A stretch of DNA of 13,352 bases. It comes from Candidatus Poribacteria bacterium. Lineage in GTDB: Bacteria; Poribacteria; WGA-4E; UBA9662. The DNA is taken from positions 1 to 13,352 of the forward strand of contig JAYGDX010000411.1 in assembly GCA_046582655.1 (NCBI GenBank), written 5' to 3'. Position 1 is the stretch's first letter, and every line of letters starts with the position of its first letter. The notes beneath the pieces were generated by a model. That model did no database searches, had not been told where the DNA came from, and was given only the letters and a program-made list of their open reading frames with translations. The translations under genes were made by a program, and so were the position numbers. Shown one piece after another: positions 7,814-13,352 of the stretch.

Positions 7814-7850
7814 ACAAAGCCTTCAGTATTGAAGGCTTTGTCAATTTTTT
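7814..7850 (+). terminator. Intrinsic terminator after the Gfo/Idh/MocA gene
   Basis: Perfect 12-bp stem ACAAAGCCTTCA-GTAT-TGAAGGCTTTGT (7814-7841) followed by CAATTTTTT, 24 nt after the stop codon. Confidence 0.8.
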
Positions 7851-7939
7851 AGTTTAAGTATGTCGCTGGTATGTTACGCATCTGTCATGATAAGACACAT
7901 AAAAACATTAAAGACAAAATAGATCAGAGTCGGGGAAAT

Positions 7940-9070
7940 ATGACAAAGGCAAAAATTAAATGTGTTAAGTGGGCCCAACTGTCCGGTAAAAGACCGCGTA
8001 AAGCTGGGTGTAACTCACGATTAGGCGAGCACGGTATTCATGTCAAACCACCTATTGCAGCTATTTTTGCTGATGATGGTACAATCGGATTTGGTTGGTC
8101 TCGCATCAATGAAGAACAGGCACAATCACTTCTTGGTTTACATGTAAATGACATATTTGATATGGCTAACGGCGTTAAAAAACAGTTTCATTGGATTGAG
8201 TACCCAATTTGGGATTTAGTTGGTCAACTTGTCAACAAACCGGTTTATTCACTGTTGGATGAAAGTATCCATGAAGGATATGAATTCACCTCACCTTGCT
8301 ATGATACATCGCTTTACATAGACGATCTCCATCTCATCGATCATAAGGAGGCTGCCGATTTAATCGCTTCCGAAGCGGTAGAAGGTCGTGAACTCGGTCA
8401 TTGCAACTATAAAATTAAGATAGGACGGGGTGCCATGCATATGCCGCTGGAAGACGGAACATTGCGTGACATCATGGTAATCCATGCAGTTCGAGACGCT
8501 GTTGGTGCTGAAGCTAAGATTTTATTGGATGCGAATAACGGGTATAATTTGAACCTGACTAAACGTGTGTTAGCCGAGACAGCAAAAGCCAATATTCATT
8601 GGATGGAAGAAGCTTTTCATGAGGATCCGAGGTTTTACGACAATCTCAAGAACTGGCTCCAATCAGAGGGATTAAAAACATTAATTGCGGATGGTGAAGG
8701 ATCTGCTTCCCTGCACCTATTGGATTGGGCACGTGATGGATTGGTTGATGTAATCCAATACGACATTTTTGGGCATGGTTTCACTCCTTGGCTCGAGCTT
8801 GGTTCACAACTGGATCAATGGGACGTTGGATCCGCACCGCATCACTATGGCGGGTATTACGGTAATTTTGTGTCCTGTCATCTTGCCGCAGGTATCCAGC
8901 GATTTGAGTTTGTAGAGTGGGATCAAGCATCTATTCTTGGTATAGATGACTCTGCGTACACGATAACAGATGGGTATGTAAACGTCCCTAAATCTTCCGG
9001 ATTTGGCTTGAGTTTAGATCAGGAAATCTTCAATCGACGAGTCAATCAAAACGGATTCGTCGTCATGTAG
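7940..9070 (+). CDS. Enolase superfamily protein, mandelate racemase subgroup (acid-sugar dehydratase-like)
   Basis: KxK motif (YKIKIGRG); metal ligands in LLDANNGY, WMEEAF and IADGEG; Asp/His dyad (DVIQYD...APHHYG); FVEWD; C-terminal VPKSSGFGL. The ATG at 7940, preceded by GGGGA, is preferred over the track's 7871. Confidence 0.9.
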   Translation: MTKAKIKCVKWAQLSGKRPRKAGCNSRLGEHGIHVKPPIAAIFADDGTIGFGWSRINEEQAQSLLGLHVNDIFDMANGVKKQFHWIEYPIWDLVGQLVNKPVYSLLDESIHEGYEFTSPCYDTSLYIDDLHLIDHKEAADLIASEAVEGRELGHCNYKIKIGRGAMHMPLEDGTLRDIMVIHAVRDAVGAEAKILLDANNGYNLNLTKRVLAETAKANIHWMEEAFHEDPRFYDNLKNWLQSEGLKTLIADGEGSASLHLLDWARDGLVDVIQYDIFGHGFTPWLELGSQLDQWDVGSAPHHYGGYYGNFVSCHLAAGIQRFEFVEWDQASILGIDDSAYTITDGYVNVPKSSGFGLSLDQEIFNRRVNQNGFVVM

Positions 9071-9275
9071 CATCTATACAAAATGCAAGTTAATATTTCC
9101 AATGTGAACATCAAAGTCAAAACGGGAGACTCTAAGGCTTTTTATAGTAATAAACTTTGGCCTAACCGTCCTCTCTTCTTTTGAATGCGCAGTTGGTCAT
9201 CAATCTCTCCAATTGTCCTTATATATTTACCCTAGATAATTCATGGATTGAGCTGACATTCAAATAAATTTGACT

Positions 9276-9305
9276 TTGAATTTGTCCTCACCAACAATTT
9301 ATACT
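9276..9305 (+). promoter_or_regulatory. Possible sigma70-type promoter for the PfkB and lipoprotein genes
   Basis: TTGAAT-N18-TATACT, ending 37 nt upstream of the PfkB ATG. Confidence 0.3.
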
Positions 9306-9342
9306 AACTGCTATTGAAATTACCTAAAAAGAGAGGTTGAGA

Positions 9343-10170
9343 ATGCCACCTGCTTTTTTAGCAATTGGACACTTTTGCCAAGACGTTACGCCGAATGGAT
9401 ATATTATTGGAGGGAGTGCAGCCTATTCCGCCATTACCGCCCGAAACCTCGGTTGGCAAGCGTGTGCCATAACTTCTGTTGATAAAGACTTTAATCAGCA
9501 AAATCCTGTGTTAGATCAGATCAATGTTACATACCATTGTTCCCTGGAAACAACGATCTTTGATAATCAATACGATCAAGATGGACACCGCTGCCAAAGG
9601 ATTCTAGGAGTTGGTGGCAAGTTACAATCTAGTCACATCCCAATTCAATTAAAGAACATCAATATTGTCTATTTGTGTCCCATTGCTGATGAAGTCGATC
9701 CGGAATTGGTACGATGTTTCAACCATTCTTTAATTGGCGTAACCCCGCAGGGATGGATGCGGCGATGGGATGGAAGTCGCCAGGTGCGTCCTAAACGTTG
9801 GGATACGGCAGAAATGATTTTATCGCATACAGATATTCTTGTTCTCAGTGGTGAGGATATCCGCGCTTATCCCGAAGATTTAGACAAGTATATTCAATTA
9901 ACTAGAATTTTGGTGTTAACCAAAGGGAAAAATGGTGCAACACTCTATGAAAACGGTCAAATTATTGAATCTTCTGCTTATCCGGTAAAAGAGGTCGAGC
10001 CAACAGGTGCGGGTGATGTATTTGCGGCTGCGTTTTTGATCAATTATTACGATACGGGTTCACCCGTGAGTGCCTTAAATTTTGCCCATTGTGTTGCCTC
10101 ATTCGTTGTTGAAGGAAAGGGGCCTACTGCTATTCCAACGTTAGAACAGGTTAGTACCCGGCTCTACTAA
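9343..10170 (+). CDS. PfkB/ribokinase family carbohydrate kinase
   Basis: N-terminal GGSAAYSAITARNLG and C-terminal EPTGAGDVFAAAF, including the catalytic Asp. The ATG at 9343 is 6 nt after GAGAGG and is preferred over the TTG at 9337. Confidence 0.92.
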   Translation: MPPAFLAIGHFCQDVTPNGYIIGGSAAYSAITARNLGWQACAITSVDKDFNQQNPVLDQINVTYHCSLETTIFDNQYDQDGHRCQRILGVGGKLQSSHIPIQLKNINIVYLCPIADEVDPELVRCFNHSLIGVTPQGWMRRWDGSRQVRPKRWDTAEMILSHTDILVLSGEDIRAYPEDLDKYIQLTRILVLTKGKNGATLYENGQIIESSAYPVKEVEPTGAGDVFAAAFLINYYDTGSPVSALNFAHCVASFVVEGKGPTAIPTLEQVSTRLY

Positions 10171-10230
10171 CAGAAAACATAAACTTGATGGTAGCCAGTA
10201 ATCTGTAGGCGATTCATCAGTGAAGTCAGT

Positions 10231-12663
10231 ATGAAAGTTTGGCTTAGCTCAATCTTAACAATTACCCATATCTTCAATAGTGGTATACATTTCCGAACTT
10301 TAGTGAATGGAATCGCTATTGTTATACTTTCCCTCATTTTTTTATCGCTATCAGGTTGTGATGACTCTAAGGAAGAAGCTTTTATTCTTCCAGTACCTCA
10401 GAATCTTAAAGCAACTATAATAAACCAGGGCATAGATCTCACTTGGGAGATAGCAGAGGGAACTACCGGAGTTACAGTCCGTTACAATGTTTATCGAGCA
10501 ACGGGGCAAGAAAGGGGTTATATCCTGCTGGGTAATTCAGCTCGTTTACAATATCTTGATCAAGGTGTCACCGCAGATCGAACTTATTTTTACTTAATAA
10601 CTTTCGTTGATGATCAGGGGAACGAGAGTGGACAATCGAACATTGAGCAGATAACTTTTGTCGTTCCTATTCTAAACGTGACTGCGACGCTGATGAACTT
10701 TGGCAAAGGAGCTACGGATCTACCACTGCAAATTAACAACACTGGAAGTGCCATCTTGAAATGGAAAGCAACTATTAATCAAGATTGGGTCACTTTAAAC
10801 GTAAAAAATGGTACCATTGAAGCCAAGCGAGATCAAACCATCAAGGTACATGTAGACCGTAATCGTCCACCGGGTGCATATAGCGCAGTAATTACTATTG
10901 AGTCAGAAGAAGACTACTCTATTGTTGTTCGGGTAACATTAGATATTCCTGAAGAACCGGTGTTATTTACTACCCCACAGGCAATTACCTTTGGTCCCAA
11001 CGATATTTTTCGAACAATAGAAATTCGTAACAACGGCACAGGACTCTTAGATTGGCAGATCGGTGGTGGTGCAGATTGGTTGGAAATACAATCGCGATCG
11101 GGAAAAATTACCACAAAAACTTCAATTGTGACTTTGCAAATTGATCGGATGATTCTGGTTCCGGGCCAATATAATACGGTCATTACCGTAAGCGGGATAA
11201 ACGCTGGACGTAAGACCGTCAAAATTGTTGCTAACATTACACAGGCTGTTATGGATTTCTCAGTTTCGCAGATCGATTTTGGCGATTTTTCAGAATCGCA
11301 GCAAATTAAAGTGAAAAATGTAGGAAAAGGTCTTTTATCTTGGTCAGCAAAATCACCAGAAAGCTGGATACAGTTAACGCCATCAAGTGGTATCATCAGT
11401 CAGAAACAGGTGCAAGACGTGAATGTCCGAATTTTCAGGTCTCAACTTGACGCGGCTGAGTACATTGTTAATGCTGATTTTACCGGTAGTGGTGGAAATC
11501 GCAAGTTGCCAATTCGAGTGGTTAAACTGGGGAGTATCACGGGAACAGTCAGTAATGCTCACACCGGTTTGCCAATCAACGGATCCCGTTTACAAACGTT
11601 AAAAAATAAGACTTTATCCGACTCGGGCGGAAACTTTATTCTATCTTATAATCAAGAGGGAATATATCCTATAAAAGCTACTGCGGACGGATACTTTAGC
11701 CGTTGGGAAACTGCTAAAACCAAACAAGCGTTTGCATTTCTCCGGATTGATCTCAGTCCGGTTCCGCGAAGGAGGGCGGAGATTCGTAACCGAGTTGACG
11801 AACCAACTCAGGTTGCGCATGCTAATCGACGTTCCTATGTAACCAGTGAAAATAGCAATCAGGTCCTTGTGCTTGATGCCTTCACAAACACCGCAGTTGA
11901 TCAGGTGGTCCTGAAATGCAGTTTATCCGATTGTCATCATCTTGGCATAGCGGCCAATCCAGTACGACCTGAGGTTTACGTAACCGTATCGGATTTGGAC
12001 CAGGTATTGGTCATTGATACAACTCTCAATCAGGAAGTACATCAATTCACAGTTGGTGATTATCCAGCTGATTGTGTTGTTTCTGATGATGGGTCTATGA
12101 TGTACGTGAGTCTACAGCGAGAAGATAAGATAGCAGTGGTGGATCTATCAATACCGATGCGGGTATATCGTATTGGCGTCGGCAAACAGCCGGCCGGATT
12201 AGTGCTCTCCCCAAACGGGAATCTGCTCTATGTTGCCTGCACGAGGAGTAATAGTATTTCTGTGATTGATGTTCGCACCCAGAACCGTATCATGGATATT
12301 ACTGTAGGACATGCGCCGAATGTTGTCGCTATGGCGAAAAATGGAAGATATATTTACGTTATCAATACCCTTTCGGACGACTTGAGCATCATTGACATGG
12401 CAACCCATAACGAAGTTATTCGCCTCAGAATTGGTATCGCACCAATAGGTGTTTCTATTCGTCGGGAGTTGAATGGTCGTGAACTAGCATTTGTTCTTGA
12501 TTACAACGGAAAAATTCGAATAATTGAAATGCCTCTGCAGGTAATATATGATGACATTAATATTACTAGTGGTCGATTTTTCAAATCTATCAGCTATAAT
12601 CAATATACTAACCAATTCTATATTCTTAGCGCAAATTCTCCACAAATTAGAATTTTATACTAG
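10231..12663 (+). CDS. Large modular lipoprotein: Fn3, 3x BACON-like Ig folds, carboxypeptidase-regulatory-like domain and YVTN-type beta-propeller
   Basis: Lipobox LSGC (Cys43, nt 10357). Fn3: PQNLKA..IDLTW..YNVYR..YLDQGV..TYFYLITFVDDQGNES. Three ~95-aa repeats containing FG..I.N.G...L.W.....W......G. GSITGTV...TGLPI...SDSGGNF...ATADGY. Repeated YV(T/S/A)....D.V.VID.......F.VG..P blades. The exact start codon is uncertain. Confidence 0.85.
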   Translation: MKVWLSSILTITHIFNSGIHFRTLVNGIAIVILSLIFLSLSGCDDSKEEAFILPVPQNLKATIINQGIDLTWEIAEGTTGVTVRYNVYRATGQERGYILLGNSARLQYLDQGVTADRTYFYLITFVDDQGNESGQSNIEQITFVVPILNVTATLMNFGKGATDLPLQINNTGSAILKWKATINQDWVTLNVKNGTIEAKRDQTIKVHVDRNRPPGAYSAVITIESEEDYSIVVRVTLDIPEEPVLFTTPQAITFGPNDIFRTIEIRNNGTGLLDWQIGGGADWLEIQSRSGKITTKTSIVTLQIDRMILVPGQYNTVITVSGINAGRKTVKIVANITQAVMDFSVSQIDFGDFSESQQIKVKNVGKGLLSWSAKSPESWIQLTPSSGIISQKQVQDVNVRIFRSQLDAAEYIVNADFTGSGGNRKLPIRVVKLGSITGTVSNAHTGLPINGSRLQTLKNKTLSDSGGNFILSYNQEGIYPIKATADGYFSRWETAKTKQAFAFLRIDLSPVPRRRAEIRNRVDEPTQVAHANRRSYVTSENSNQVLVLDAFTNTAVDQVVLKCSLSDCHHLGIAANPVRPEVYVTVSDLDQVLVIDTTLNQEVHQFTVGDYPADCVVSDDGSMMYVSLQREDKIAVVDLSIPMRVYRIGVGKQPAGLVLSPNGNLLYVACTRSNSISVIDVRTQNRIMDITVGHAPNVVAMAKNGRYIYVINTLSDDLSIIDMATHNEVIRLRIGIAPIGVSIRRELNGRELAFVLDYNGKIRIIEMPLQVIYDDINITSGRFFKSISYNQYTNQFYILSANSPQIRILY
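10669..11526 (+). repeat. Three tandem BACON-like protein domain repeats
   Basis: NFG..LQINNTGSAILKWKATINQDWVTL / TFG..IEIRNNGTGLLDWQIGGGADWLEI / DFG..IKVKNVGKGLLSWSAKSPESWIQL, with a period of about 96 aa. Boundaries are approximate. Confidence 0.75.
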
Positions 12664-13352
12664 GACCTGTTAACATTCATTCATCGTTAGTGTCTTCTAT
12701 GGCCATTGGAGGAAAGACCATATGAACAGAAAACTATTGCCAAACGACCAGTGGGAAGGCATCAAAGATCTTCTGCCAGGCAACTGGCACAGTGTGTACA
12801 GGCGGCACTCCCCTTGGGGCAAAAAAGGGGTTTGGAAACGTTTGCTGGAACAGGTCTCCGATGATATTGACCTGGAACAACTTCTCCTGGATAGCACAAT
12901 CATTCGAGTTCATCAGCATAGCGCAGGTGCAAAAAAAGAAGGACCTCAGGCCATCGCTCGCTGGCGTGGTGGATTGACCGCCAAGATTCATGCAGCAGTT
13001 GAGGCCTTAGGCAATCCATTACGTTCCATTCTGACCAGCCGGTCAAGATTCCGATCCAGGCTCCAGCCTTGATGGAGGGTTTGGATCCTGGCATGGTGAT
13101 TGCTGACAAGGCAGATGATGCCAATGATTTCATCCAAATGATCCAAGACATGGAAGCCATGGTGGTCATACCAGCGCGCAGTAATCGCACCAACAACCAG
13201 GAGTATAATCATCACTGGTACAAAGACCGCAACCTGATGGAGCGTTTCTTCAATAGAATTAAACAGTTTCGCCGTATTGCCAGGCGCTATGAAAAGCTTG
13301 ATCGCAACTTCATGTCTAGGCTCAACTTGGTGTGTACCATTATCTGCTTGGC
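12663..13352 (+). mobile_element. Decayed IS5-family insertion sequence (IS427-like, two-ORF type); right end lies outside the window
   Basis: A putative left end GGACCTGTTAACATT follows the CTA of a CTAG site, with transposase remnants downstream up to the window edge. Confidence 0.85.
12722..13352 (+). pseudogene. IS5-family DDE transposase pseudogene
   Basis: LPNDQWEGIKDLLPG|NWHSVYRR...LLLDSTIIRVHQHSAGAKK...RGGLTAKIHAAVEALGNPLRSILT, then a frameshift at about 13037 (AGQDSD), a second at about 13056, then QAPALMEGL...VIADKADDA...VIPARSNR...WYKDRNLMERFFNRIKQFRRIARRYEK...IICL. Confidence 0.92.

Noticed and set aside
7871..7939. 23-codon N-terminal extension of the enolase in the ORF track
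   Set aside because: There is no convincing Shine-Dalgarno at 7871, which lies just after a terminator. The ATG at 7940 has GGGGA upstream and fits the domain start.
4340..8592. Short nested ORFs (4340-4570, 4889-5116, 6803-7000, 7013-7255, 7227-7418, 7446-7724, 8407-8592)
   Set aside because: All overlap well-supported genes on the opposite strand or in another frame.
9083..9184. 33-aa small ORF MQVNISNVNIKVKTGDSK... after the enolase
   Set aside because: It has no Shine-Dalgarno and no recognisable motif.
10914..13215. ORFs 10914-11396, 12199-12408, 12697-12903, 12734-12991, 12792-12977, 12900-13196 and 12988-13215
   Set aside because: They are shadows of the lipoprotein gene or the transposase pseudogene.
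1..13352. CRISPR array, tRNA/rRNA, retron/RT, toxin-antitoxin or defence system
   Set aside because: I saw no regularly spaced direct repeats, cloverleaf, or RT, nuclease or defence ATPase motifs. The only P-loop protein is the ABC transporter ATPase.

Overview
Bacterial chromosomal window of moderately low GC (roughly low 40s percent by eye). From left to right it holds: a secreted alpha/beta-hydrolase (acetylxylan-esterase-like) running off the left edge and missing from the ORF track; a structured divergent intergenic region; a VOC/glyoxalase-family gene; a frameshifted and probably internally deleted phytanoyl-CoA-dioxygenase-family pseudogene; an exported HEAT-repeat protein; a 49-aa excisionase-like HTH ORF also missing from the track; an ABC-2-type exporter (ATPase plus permease); 3-hydroxybutyrate dehydrogenase; a Gfo/Idh/MocA oxidoreductase with a clear terminator; a mandelate-racemase-subgroup enolase; a PfkB kinase; an 810-aa modular lipoprotein (Fn3, three BACON-like repeats, a carboxypeptidase-regulatory-like domain and a YVTN-type beta-propeller); and a decayed IS5-family element inserted at that gene's stop codon. 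The gene mix resembles Ca. Poribacteria or Planctomycetota-like carbohydrate degraders, which is inference only. I see no defence system, CRISPR array or other clear new multi-gene system. The best novelty candidates are the three-way-junction RNA-like element at 1118-1173, the small HTH ORF and the modular surface lipoprotein.
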